This document shows, one piece after another, positions 17,869-26,721 of a stretch of 56,827 nucleotides of DNA (position 1 is the first letter of the stretch; the number at the start of each line of letters is the position of its first letter). This stretch comes from a virus. Taxonomy: Duplodnaviria > Caudoviricetes. The stretch covers positions 1-56,827 of the IMG/VR virus record IMGVR_UViG_3300048856_000110. One strand, written 5' to 3'. The notes under the pieces were generated by a model, which did no database searches, had not been told where the DNA came from, and saw nothing but the letters and a program-made list of their open reading frames with translations. Both the position numbers and the translations under genes were made by a program.

Positions 17869-18603
17869 ATGGACAAGCAGGACAGCTTCAAGACGAAAAA
17901 CCCGGCCGGACACGCCGCCGCGTCCGACCGGGCCGCGCTCGCCGCCTTCGCCGCGGCGCATCTAGAGGTCGATGGCCGCGGCGAGGTCGATCTCGGCTCG
18001 GCCTTCGCCACCTATCGCCGATTCTGCCGACGGTGGGGCCTCGCAGACATGAAGCGCAGCAATTTCGCGTGGGCGCTCCTCTCCTACATCCGGCCGCTGG
18101 GCGGGGTGCGGTCGGGCGACAGCTTCACCGGGATCGCGCTGATCGAGGCTGTCGCTGCGCCGCGCCACGAGGCGGTGAAGGAGGTCGCGCCGCGGCCGCC
18201 GGCGCCCTCGGCGAGCCGCTGCACGTTGCTGCCGGCGCCGCCCCTTTCGCCGAACCCGGCGATCGAGGCAGTGCGCCCGGCCGTGGTGGCCATGGAGGGC
18301 CTCGTCGAACGCGTCAGCGAGGTCTTCGGCGTCCCGGCCGAGCTGCTGCAGCCGAAGCCGGAAGCGGCCGAGACCACGGCCGGCGCCGGGCGTGACGACG
18401 TCGCCGCCTTCCTCGACCAGCGCCTCGTTGAGAAGCCCGGTTTCTGCGTCTCGCTGGAACGCCTGAAGCAGGTGGCCGCCGAGGAGGGGTTCACCTTCCG
18501 CGAGGTGCTCGCCCGGGCCAAGGCGCGGGGCCACGAAGTGCGCAAGAACGCCTGGGGACCGGATTTTCTAACGGATGCCGTGCTGCTGGAGGGTGTGAGA
18601 TGA
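17869..18603 (+). CDS. Hypothetical protein with two D5/P4-primase C-terminal-like winged-helix repeats
   Basis: LAAFAAAHLEVDGRGEV...FATYRRFC and VAAFLDQRLVEKPGFCV, separated by a Pro-rich linker. Confidence 0.55.
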   Translation: MDKQDSFKTKNPAGHAAASDRAALAAFAAAHLEVDGRGEVDLGSAFATYRRFCRRWGLADMKRSNFAWALLSYIRPLGGVRSGDSFTGIALIEAVAAPRHEAVKEVAPRPPAPSASRCTLLPAPPLSPNPAIEAVRPAVVAMEGLVERVSEVFGVPAELLQPKPEAAETTAGAGRDDVAAFLDQRLVEKPGFCVSLERLKQVAAEEGFTFREVLARAKARGHEVRKNAWGPDFLTDAVLLEGVR

Positions 18604-20648
18604 GGCCGCTGATCGTCGACAGCTTCGCCGGAGGCGGCGGGGCGAGCACGGGAATCGAGATGGCGCTCGGCCGCTCGCCGGACATCGCGATCAACCACAA
18701 TGCCGCGGCGCTGGCCATGCACGAGGCGAACCATCCGGGCACGCTGCACTTGTCGAAGAACATCTGGCAGGTCGATCCGCTCGAGGCCGTTGGCAACCGC
18801 CCGGTCGGGCTCGCCTGGTTCTCGCCGGACTGCAAGCATTTCTCGAAGGCCAAGGGCGGCAAGCCGGTGAAGCGGAACGTCCGCGACCTAGCCTGGACCG
18901 TCGTGCTCTGGGCCAAGCGCGCGCGCCCGGCGATCATCATCCTGGAGAACGTCGAGGAATTTCAGGACTGGGGCCCGCTGCTCTATGCCGAGGACGGCAC
19001 CTGCAAGCCCTGTCCCGACAGGCGCGGCGAGACTTTCAAGGAATGGGTGAGCCAGCTGAAGCGGCTCGGCTACAAGGTCGAATTCCGCCAGCTCGTCGCC
19101 GCAGATTACGGCGCGCCGACGACGCGCAAACGCCTGTTCCTGATCGCCCGGCGGGACGGGCAGAAGATCGTCTGGCCGGCCCCGACGCATGGCAAGCCGA
19201 CCGATCTCGACGTGATCGCCGGGCGCAAGCTGCCCTGGCGGACGGCGGCCGAGATCATCGATTGGTCGCTGCCGTGCCCGTCGATCTTCGAGACCTCGGA
19301 AGAGATCATGGCCCGGCACGGCCTGCGCGCCGTGCGGCCGCTGGCCGATGCGACGATGGCTCGGGTGGCGCGCGGCGTGAAGCGCTACGTGCTCGACGCG
19401 GCCAAGCCCTTCATCGTGAAGTTCCAGACCGGATCGACCGGCAGCGGTATCGACGCCCCGCTGCCGACTGTGACGGCCAACAGCTTCCACAAGCGCCCAG
19501 GCGGGGCGGCGCCCGTCGGCCTGGTCGTGCCGCACCTGTCGACGATGCGGAACTCGGGGAAGCCCTTCAACGAAGTCGACAAGCCCACGCACACGGTCAC
19601 TGCAGGAGGTGCCGGCATTGCGCTGGTCGCTCCCTCCCTGATGCCGCTCACGCACCAGGGTGGCGACCGGAACAACTCTGCAGAAGAGCCGCTGCGCACT
19701 GTGACCACAGCCCATCGCGGCGAGATGGCTCTCGTCGCTCCACTACTGACCGCAGCCCAGCACGGCGGGGCCAATCGAGGCGCCGACGAGCCGATGCGCA
19801 CGATCGCCGCCTCGGACAAGGATCAGCATGCGGTAATCGCGGCCACGATGATCCAGTCCGGCTATGGTGAGCGTGAGGGGCAGGAGCCGCGGGCGCTAGA
19901 CGTCGAGGCGCCGCTCGGCACGGTCGTGGCCGGCGGCGTGAAGCATGCCGTCGTCGCCGCGCATCTCTCCCGTCAGTTCGGCGCCGGCACTAATCGGGGG
20001 ATTGAGATGCCGGCGCCGGCTGCGACAAAAGTCAACATGTCGATGCTGATCGCCGCCTTCATGGCGCAGCACAACAACGATAGCCGCCGCACCGGTGGCG
20101 TCAATCCAGGTCAACCGGCGAATCGCCCGCTCTCGACGATTACCTCTTCCGGGTCACAGCAGGGCGTCGTCGCCGCCCACATCTCGCAGCTCTGCGGCTC
20201 CCACAAGACCGCCAGCGGAGGCGACCTCAGCAACCCAGCACCGACGATCACGACGTCAGGTGAGAAGGGCGGAGGCCATGCTGCGCTCGTCGCCGCCTTC
20301 ATGGTCAAATACTACGGGACCGGCGGCCAGGACCAGAACATCGACAACCCGATGCACACCCTGACGGCCAAGGCGCGGATGGGCCTCGTCACCGTCGACA
20401 TCGACGGCGAGCCCCACACCATCACCGACATCGGCATGCGCATGCTGACGCCGCGCGAGCTGTTCTCGGCGCAGGGCTTCCCGCCGGACTATCAGATCGA
20501 CAGCATCGCCTACGGCGGCCGAGTGCTGACCAAGTCCGAGCAGATTTCCTGCGTCGGCAACTCGGTCTGCCCGCCGCTCGCCGCCGCGCTCGTCGCCGCC
20601 AATGCCGGGCATCTTCGGGAAGAAGCTTTCCGCGAGGCGGCGGAATGA
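18600..20648 (+). CDS. C5 cytosine DNA methyltransferase with a repetitive variable region
   Basis: DSFAGGGG, FSPDCKHFS, ILENV, YGAPTTRKRLF, RMLTPREL..AQGF, VGNSV. Confidence 0.92.
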   Translation: MRPLIVDSFAGGGGASTGIEMALGRSPDIAINHNAAALAMHEANHPGTLHLSKNIWQVDPLEAVGNRPVGLAWFSPDCKHFSKAKGGKPVKRNVRDLAWTVVLWAKRARPAIIILENVEEFQDWGPLLYAEDGTCKPCPDRRGETFKEWVSQLKRLGYKVEFRQLVAADYGAPTTRKRLFLIARRDGQKIVWPAPTHGKPTDLDVIAGRKLPWRTAAEIIDWSLPCPSIFETSEEIMARHGLRAVRPLADATMARVARGVKRYVLDAAKPFIVKFQTGSTGSGIDAPLPTVTANSFHKRPGGAAPVGLVVPHLSTMRNSGKPFNEVDKPTHTVTAGGAGIALVAPSLMPLTHQGGDRNNSAEEPLRTVTTAHRGEMALVAPLLTAAQHGGANRGADEPMRTIAASDKDQHAVIAATMIQSGYGEREGQEPRALDVEAPLGTVVAGGVKHAVVAAHLSRQFGAGTNRGIEMPAPAATKVNMSMLIAAFMAQHNNDSRRTGGVNPGQPANRPLSTITSSGSQQGVVAAHISQLCGSHKTASGGDLSNPAPTITTSGEKGGGHAALVAAFMVKYYGTGGQDQNIDNPMHTLTAKARMGLVTVDIDGEPHTITDIGMRMLTPRELFSAQGFPPDYQIDSIAYGGRVLTKSEQISCVGNSVCPPLAAALVAANAGHLREEAFREAAE

Positions 20649-20977
20649 CGGACCTCTCAGCCCTCCACGACGACGAGATCGTCGCCGAGATGCAGGTGCG
20701 CCTGGCGCGCGGCACGGTCGGTTTCCACGGCCTCTACGCCGCGCATCAGACGGACTACCGCGCCGCCTATCATCAGGTCTGCCTGCTCTCGGCGCGCTGG
20801 AACAATGAGAGCACCCACACTTTCGACAGCCGCTTCGTGCGCGAGTTGCGCGGGCTGCTGAACGAGCTCGGCACGTTTCGCGCGGTCGATCCCGGCGTGT
20901 TCGCGGTCAACACGACCTTCCATGGGAAGGAAACGGCCTTCCAGGATCACCAGCCCCGGCGCGAGGACGCGGCATGA
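20645..20977 (+). CDS. Hypothetical protein
   Basis: Coupled ORF. Confidence 0.55.
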   Translation: MTDLSALHDDEIVAEMQVRLARGTVGFHGLYAAHQTDYRAAYHQVCLLSARWNNESTHTFDSRFVRELRGLLNELGTFRAVDPGVFAVNTTFHGKETAFQDHQPRREDAA

Positions 20978-22188
20978 TGGCCCGGCCTGACCTGTTCGCC
21001 GGCGGCCCGCGCCTGGTCTACGACGACGCCATCGAGCTGACCGTCGCCTCGCTGCAGGCCTATGGGCCGACACATCCGCATTGGGGCGTCGCCTGGTCGG
21101 GCGGCAAGGATTCGAGCGCGACGCTGACGCTGATCGCGCACCTCATCGACGTCGGCCGGATCGAGGCGCCTCGGTCGCTGACGGTTTTCTATGCCGACAC
21201 CCGGCAGGAGCTGCCGCCGCTGCAGGCGGCCGCGCTGCGGATCATGCGCCAGCTGGCGGAGCGGGGCATCCCCTGCGAGGTAGTGACGGCGCCGCTCGAC
21301 AAGCGGTTTCTCGTCTACATCCTCGGTCGCGGTGTGCCGCCGCCGAACAACAACACGCTCCGCTGGTGTACGCGGCAGATCAAGGTCGACCCGATGTCGG
21401 CGGCAATCGCCGAGCGCCTCGACGCGATCGACGGCAACTTCCTGATGATCACCGGCGTTCGCCAAGGCGAGAGCGCCATCCGCGACCAGCGCATCGCCAT
21501 GTCCTGCGGCAAGGACGGCGCCGAGTGCGGGCAGGGCTGGTATCAGGAGGTCCTGCCGAACGCCAAGGGCATCCGCGGCCGGATCGCGACGCTGGCGCCG
21601 CTGCTGCACTGGCGGGTCTGCAATGTTTGGGACTGGCTGCGAATCTACGCGCCCATGCCGGAATATGGCCGGTGGGCCACGGCGGCGATTGCCGACGCCT
21701 ATGGCGGCGACGAGGCGGCCGAGATCGCGGCGCGGACAGGGTGCATCGGCTGTCCGTTAGCGTCAAAGGATCTGGCGCTTGAGACGGTGATCGCCACGCC
21801 CGGCTGGGGGCATTTGTCGCCGCTGCGCGGACTGAAATCGATCTATCGCGAGCTGCGCGAACCGCGGAACAGAATCCGCAAGGCGGGCGTCGAGCGGTTG
21901 CAGGACGGCTCGATCGCCAAGAACCCGCAGCGCATGGGGCCGTTGACCTTTGCCGCCCGCCTCGACGCGCTGGACCGGATCCTCGCCATTCAGGCGGCGT
22001 GCAACGACGGCGCGGCCGCAGCGGGGCGACCGGGCGTCGATATCCTCAACGCTGATGAGGAGGCCCGCATTCGCGAGCTCGTGGCTGCTGGGACCTGGCC
22101 GCAGGGCTGGGACGGCGACGAGCCGGCGGCCGACATGCCGATGGACAGCTATTTCAGGGACGGTTCCGTGCAGCCGCTGATGCTCTAA
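20974..22188 (+). CDS. PAPS-reductase/DndC-like PP-loop protein
   Basis: WSGGKDSS, ADTRQE, RWCTRQIKVDP, TGVRQGES..RD, RTGCIGCP. Confidence 0.85.
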   Translation: MMARPDLFAGGPRLVYDDAIELTVASLQAYGPTHPHWGVAWSGGKDSSATLTLIAHLIDVGRIEAPRSLTVFYADTRQELPPLQAAALRIMRQLAERGIPCEVVTAPLDKRFLVYILGRGVPPPNNNTLRWCTRQIKVDPMSAAIAERLDAIDGNFLMITGVRQGESAIRDQRIAMSCGKDGAECGQGWYQEVLPNAKGIRGRIATLAPLLHWRVCNVWDWLRIYAPMPEYGRWATAAIADAYGGDEAAEIAARTGCIGCPLASKDLALETVIATPGWGHLSPLRGLKSIYRELREPRNRIRKAGVERLQDGSIAKNPQRMGPLTFAARLDALDRILAIQAACNDGAAAAGRPGVDILNADEEARIRELVAAGTWPQGWDGDEPAADMPMDSYFRDGSVQPLML

Positions 22189-22193
22189 TGACG

Positions 22194-22826
22194 TCAGCGA
22201 GGGTGCGTGATCAGTATCTCGAAATTGCGGTGTTGAACCCCCTTGGGATCTCCAACGAGCCGCAATATTACGTCGACAGATTGGGGCGATACCCAGCTTC
22301 GGACTATTTCGTCGTCTGGAGTTGTGGCTACCAGCGTGATGTTAAGCGCATCGGGCGCTTTGGAGCGATCGAGCCATCCATCCATTGTGATTTGTTGGGC
22401 GGTTTTGATCAGCTTTTTGTTCAGAGAGGCCTCGACGAGGTAAGTATTTTTCTCAAATCCGCGGATATTAGCGTTTTATATTATCAGCGCTCGTCTATTC
22501 CAGTTGATAAATTTGACGATTATCTCGTCTGGCTCCTTGAAGTGTTGCACGGCATCGACGCTAGGAAATTCGTCGCCGACGATGAAGTCGGTTTGGCGTT
22601 TAGCCTCGGCCACCTGTCGTCGAAGCGGGTCGAAGGTTTTGACCGCTATCGCAATTGCTACGGCCGCGGCTATCCATCCGCTAAGTGCTCCGAGCCATCC
22701 ACGAAAGCATTCTGCCGCTCCTTCGGTCGAGGAACAGACGGCATTGCGCTGAACCAACACCAAAAGGATCAACGCAGCCGAGGCACCAACGAAACTTGCA
22801 GTGACCGTTTTCAGCCAAGATCTCAT
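22194..22826 (-). pseudogene. Lower-GC membrane-anchored moron interrupted by an in-frame TAA at 22476-22478
   Basis: ORFs 22476..22850 and 22194..22385 are in the same frame; read-through is open (RALII*NANIRGFEKN...MDGWLDR); two N-terminal TM segments. Confidence 0.65.
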
Positions 22827-22882
22827 TTTCCCTCCCGCCAATCTCGTCACCGATACAGTACCTTGGCCTTGGCGGGATCGCT

Positions 22883-23851
22883 ATGAGCGACTGGGGCAAG
22901 GTTCCGCGCGAGGTGTTTATGGATGCCCGCCTGACGCGGCAGGACATCCGCGTCTTCGGCATCCTGTGCGCCTATGCCAGCGGCAAGACGGGCGTGTGCA
23001 CGCGGCGGCAGGAGGCGATCGCCGAGGAGATCGGGGCCAGCCGCGAGGGCGTGAACCGCTCGCTGAAGAAGCTCGTCTCCCTCGGCTACGTCGCGACCAA
23101 GGCACGGGCCGGAATGAAGCGGAGCCTGGAATACAAGGTGCTGATCGGCGAGGGCACGGCCGGCCAGATGAGCCTCTTCGACGTCCAGGATGCGCCCCGC
23201 CAGGCGAAGCCCAAGCGCGGTAAAAGTGACCGGAAGATCACATCTGTTGTGACGCCTGAGGTCACATCTGTTGTGACGTCTGAGGTCACAGCTATAGAAC
23301 AGACCCCCGTTAACAGAGCCTCGCCTGACGGCTCGGCACAGCTGGGCGAGGGCGAGCAAGCGGCAGAGCAGCCGGCTGTTCTCGGAATTCACCAGCGGGA
23401 CGACCTCGACCGGCTGAAACACCGGCTCCGAGAGGCGGCCGGCTCGGCGATCAACGAGGCGCATCCGTCCTTCATCGTTCTGGCCGAGCCGATCGGCTGG
23501 CTCGTCGCCGGCTGCGACCTCGAGGCCGACGTGCTGCCGACCATCACCGGCCTTGCGGCGCGGCACCGGGGGCCGCCGATCCGATCCTGGAAGTATTTCG
23601 CCGAGGCGGTGATCGAGGCGCGCGACCGGCGGCTGAGGGCGACGTCGCCTCCGCCGACCCTCTCACCATCGGCCGTCCAGGCGCCGCCAGGAACCGCCAC
23701 CATCATCCCGTTCGACAGCCGAGGAACCCGCCATGGGCCAGATCACAGCGCAGACCCCCCGAAGCCTGCAGGCCGCTTCGCTGCCGTTGCCGCCCGACGC
23801 CGCCGCGACCTCGCTGGCGACGGCGCTGGAGGCGCGGACGATCCGGGTTAG
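22883..23851 (+). CDS. Replication initiator (N-terminal HTH, lambda-O-like)
   Basis: DIRVFGILCAYA...QEAIAEEIGASREGVNRSLKKL; internal DNA repeats; position before the antiterminator. Confidence 0.75.
   Translation: MSDWGKVPREVFMDARLTRQDIRVFGILCAYASGKTGVCTRRQEAIAEEIGASREGVNRSLKKLVSLGYVATKARAGMKRSLEYKVLIGEGTAGQMSLFDVQDAPRQAKPKRGKSDRKITSVVTPEVTSVVTSEVTAIEQTPVNRASPDGSAQLGEGEQAAEQPAVLGIHQRDDLDRLKHRLREAAGSAINEAHPSFIVLAEPIGWLVAGCDLEADVLPTITGLAARHRGPPIRSWKYFAEAVIEARDRRLRATSPPPTLSPSAVQAPPGTATIIPFDSRGTRHGPDHSADPPKPAGRFAAVAARRRRDLAGDGAGGADDPG
23226..23290. repeat. Putative origin iterons
   Basis: 24-bp tandem unit TCACATCTGTTGTGACGYCTGAGG (about 2.3 copies) containing the inverted repeat GTCACA-N5-TGTGAC. 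Confidence 0.7.
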
Positions 23852-24491
23852 CCCGGGCGTCTACCGCTACCCCGAGGGCGGCGGGATGACCGCTGGCGAG
23901 CGCACCGCGGCGCTGGCCTCGATCGCGCAGCTGGAAGCGCGGCTCGCGGCCACGGTGCCGGACGACGGCGGGACGATCGCCGAGAGCGTCGCGGAGCAGG
24001 TCTATGCCAGCTTCAAGGCGCGGGACGGCAAGTCAAACGAACAGACGATCTACGACGGCTTTCTGATCGCGCTGCCGGGACGGGCGGTGGCGGCGGTGCG
24101 CGAGGCGGTGCGGCGGATCATCCGCAGCGAGGCGCCGGCGAAATACTCCCGGACGTTCGTGCCGACGGCCGGCGAGCTCGCCGAGCTTTCGATGGCGATC
24201 GAGGACCAGTGGCGGCTGGACCGGGCGCGGTTGGTGCGCCTGCTCGACCTGGTGGAGATCGAGCCGGTGGAGCAGCCGAGCCGGCCAACCGACGCGATGT
24301 TGGCGGCCGCGCGGGCGCAGGTGGCGCGTTCGGCGGAAGCGATCACCGCCGAACGGGGCCAAGCCGTGCCGAGGGTCTCTCCGGCCGCCGCCGTCGCGGC
24401 TGAGACGACGGCACGGCGGTCTTCGGTTGGAGAGCGTGTGGAAGCCGCAGAGGCTGCCCGTCGGCGCAGGTCGATGGATTGGGAGGTCTGA
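23733..24491 (+). CDS. Replication-associated protein (putative helicase loader/inhibitor)
   Basis: Overlaps the initiator; AVREAVRRI...FVPTAGEL motif. Confidence 0.55.
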   Translation: MGQITAQTPRSLQAASLPLPPDAAATSLATALEARTIRVSPGVYRYPEGGGMTAGERTAALASIAQLEARLAATVPDDGGTIAESVAEQVYASFKARDGKSNEQTIYDGFLIALPGRAVAAVREAVRRIIRSEAPAKYSRTFVPTAGELAELSMAIEDQWRLDRARLVRLLDLVEIEPVEQPSRPTDAMLAAARAQVARSAEAITAERGQAVPRVSPAAAVAAETTARRSSVGERVEAAEAARRRRSMDWEV

Positions 24492-24498
24492 GAAGAGC

Positions 24499-25083
24499 GT
24501 GGCGTCCCATTCAATCCAGTGGTTCGTGGTGCGGACGAACCCGCGCTGCGAGCGCCGCGCGAAAGCCTCGCTCGCCGATGCCGGCTTTGAGACCTACGCG
24601 CCGACCGGCCGGCGGGGCATTATCCACCACCGGACGAAGAAGCTGATCGTGAAGGAATACCCGATCCTCGTCGGTTACATCTTCCTGGTGATGCCGGCCG
24701 ACCGGCGGCTACAGCATTTCGGGTTCGTGCGTGCCTGCGACGGCGTGCACAGCGTGCTAGGCCTGCAGGCTCAGGTCGGCGGCGCTCCGCGGTATCTGCC
24801 GATTCCGGCGTCCGTCGTCGACAAGCTGCACGACGAAGAGTTTCGCGGCAGCTTCGACGACACGCGCCAGGTGGCGGCAAAGCGCAAGACGAGGGCGCAT
24901 GGCTTCGCCGAGGACGACGCGGTGAGAGTGACGGCGGGGCCGTTCTCGGATTTCACGGCGACGGTGTGCGATGCGCGGGGGCAGGAGCAGATCAAGGTGC
25001 TGGTCGAGATCTTCGGGCGGTTGACGGAGGTATCGGTGCCGGTCGATGCGATTGAGCCCATTCGAAAGGCGAGGACCTCTTGA
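24499..25083 (+). CDS. NusG-family (NGN+KOW) antiterminator in the lambda-Q position
   Basis: WFVVRTNPRCE, PILVGYIF, DGVHSVL, VRVTAGPFSDF, VLVEIFGRLTEV. Confidence 0.9.
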   Translation: MASHSIQWFVVRTNPRCERRAKASLADAGFETYAPTGRRGIIHHRTKKLIVKEYPILVGYIFLVMPADRRLQHFGFVRACDGVHSVLGLQAQVGGAPRYLPIPASVVDKLHDEEFRGSFDDTRQVAAKRKTRAHGFAEDDAVRVTAGPFSDFTATVCDARGQEQIKVLVEIFGRLTEVSVPVDAIEPIRKARTS

Positions 25084-25122
25084 AGCGATGGTTTCGGAAG
25101 TCGCTAGAACATGCTGTTGATG

Positions 25123-25151
25123 TTGACGGAATCGATGATGTCGCGTAGACC
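25123..25151 (+). promoter_or_regulatory. Putative late promoter (pR'-like)
   Basis: TTGACG-N17-TAGACC just downstream of the NusG-like gene. Confidence 0.5.
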
Positions 25152-25237
25152 CCTGAACATCGATCTGCCTGCCAGCGCGGCCACGTGACTCGCCGGGGCA
25201 CCGCCGGACCTTCGAAGCCGGCGTCAGGGAGGTTTAT

Positions 25238-25268
25238 GGGCTCGCGAAAGCGGGCCTATTTCGTTCTC
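25238..25268 (+). terminator. Putative intrinsic terminator of the late leader
   Basis: GGCTCGC-GAAA-GCGGGCC hairpin followed by TATTTCGTTCT. Confidence 0.55.
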
Positions 25269-25319
25269 GGAGGAAAGGTGAATGGGCAGGTGGGCGGGCG
25301 AGCCCGCCTCTAGGGTACA

Positions 25320-26120
25320 TTAACCTGCATGCTCCTGCGCATCGGAGTGCAGGAAGCGGCCGTCGGGATGGTCAGGATCCCGATCTCCCGTCGCCATGAC
25401 ACAGCGATTCCGTCCCGCCAATTTCGCCCGGTAAAGCGCCTTATCTGCAAGCTCGTATGCCTCTGTGAGGGTGCGGCCGGCCATGCAACACAGGCCGATG
25501 CTAACCGTCACCCCACGCGGCGGCAGGACCGCACCCGCAATGCCTTTCATGATCCGCCACTTCACGAATTCAGCATGGTGCAAAGCCTGCAAGGCAGGAA
25601 CGTTTAGGAGCACAACTGCAAATTCCTCGCCTCCCACCCTGCCGCAGATGCGGGACATTGCCAGACCGTCAGTAAGTGCAGCTCCAACTGCCTCAATTAC
25701 TCCGTCGCCAACAATATGTCCGAAGGTGTCGTTAATTCGCTTGAAATGATCGATATCAGCGATCAGCAAGTAAAAATTTGCGCGGTCACCGTCCAGCCGT
25801 TCAATTTCTGCGAAGAAGCCACGGCGGTTCAGCAATCCGGTCTGGTAGTCAGTTAGTGAGAGAAGTTCAAATTCTCGCTGAGCGACGTAAAGCCGATGGT
25901 TTGCCTTTGCTGCCATGAAGATAAACACTCCTCCAACGCCAGCCGTCAGCAGCGCCGTCTGAAGTAAAGAGACCCACATTCTCTCGGGGAAATAGTACGT
26001 GTTTATCATTGCGTCAGAGCCGACGGCGATGCCGATAAGCAACGCTGTAGCCGCCGTCGCGAAGAGCCATAAATGCCGCTTTGAGCGGATAACGAACAGG
26101 TGCGATAGGTATGGCAGCAT
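25320..26120 (-). CDS. Membrane-anchored diguanylate cyclase (GGEEF) moron
   Basis: Two TM segments; TDYQTGLLNRR, DIDHFKRINDTFGHIVGD, GRVGGEEF, VTVSIG, ADKALYRAKLAGRN; lower GC; antisense to late genes. Confidence 0.92.
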   Translation of the reverse strand: MLPYLSHLFVIRSKRHLWLFATAATALLIGIAVGSDAMINTYYFPERMWVSLLQTALLTAGVGGVFIFMAAKANHRLYVAQREFELLSLTDYQTGLLNRRGFFAEIERLDGDRANFYLLIADIDHFKRINDTFGHIVGDGVIEAVGAALTDGLAMSRICGRVGGEEFAVVLLNVPALQALHHAEFVKWRIMKGIAGAVLPPRGVTVSIGLCCMAGRTLTEAYELADKALYRAKLAGRNRCVMATGDRDPDHPDGRFLHSDAQEHAG

Positions 26121-26336
26121 TTGGTGGCACCTGCAGGGGTTGATAGCCACCTATAGACGATGGTGTGGCCGAAGAACGGCAAGTTCAGTGCGCTTCATCT
26201 GCCGGCAACTGTGCAAGGCTCGCTTGGATGCCCGAAACGAAACGGTGCGGCTGAGGGAGGTTCACGCGAGGATCCGTGAGCCGAGTGCGGAGACGCTGGA
26301 TTTGGCCAGGCGCCGAGTGCGCGAGCTCGGGCTAAG

Positions 26337-26700
26337 ATGACCGGCAACGGCCTTTACGAACGGATGCTCGGCTTCGACTATCAGGGCGGCGATATGGCCG
26401 ATTTGATGCATAAGGTCTGGTCGCCGACGCCGTTCATGACGGAGTGCCACACCGGCGCGGTGGCGAGCGACGACTGGCTAGCGATGCGGGATTGGTGTCG
26501 AGCGCGCTGGGGCGACATGGCCTGGCCGATCCATGGCCGTGCGGGCCGCTGGCAGGACGGGAGCGCGACGGTGTTCGGCTGGACGTTCTTCGGCTTCGAG
26601 ACGGCGGAAATGCTGGCCGAATTCGAGGCCGAGTGGGAATGCCGCAGCAAGGATCCGCCCGGGCACCGACAGCCCGACGCGCCGGCTCTTGCGACCTGGC
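26337..26700 (+). CDS. Trp-rich hypothetical protein (no own stop; frame stays open to 27275, end approximate)
   Basis: Protein-like N-terminal ~105 aa, then low-complexity sequence. Confidence 0.45.
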
Positions 26701-26721
26701 GGCGCCGTTTGATTTCCGGAG

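Noticed and set aside
15135-20648. DISARM/BREX/type III R-M defence island
   Set aside because: Genes are coupled within the phage early operon; no DUF1998, PLD, PglZ or Res partners
20974-22188. Complete Dnd phosphorothioation system
   Set aside because: Only a DndC-like gene; no dndA/B/D/E or ssp genes
22188-22886. Plus-strand 232-aa ORF
   Set aside because: No recognisable motifs; the minus strand gives a coherent TM protein, so this is probably its shadow
23226-23290. Short repeats as a CRISPR array
   Set aside because: Tandem with no unique spacers, in-frame inside a gene, no cas genes
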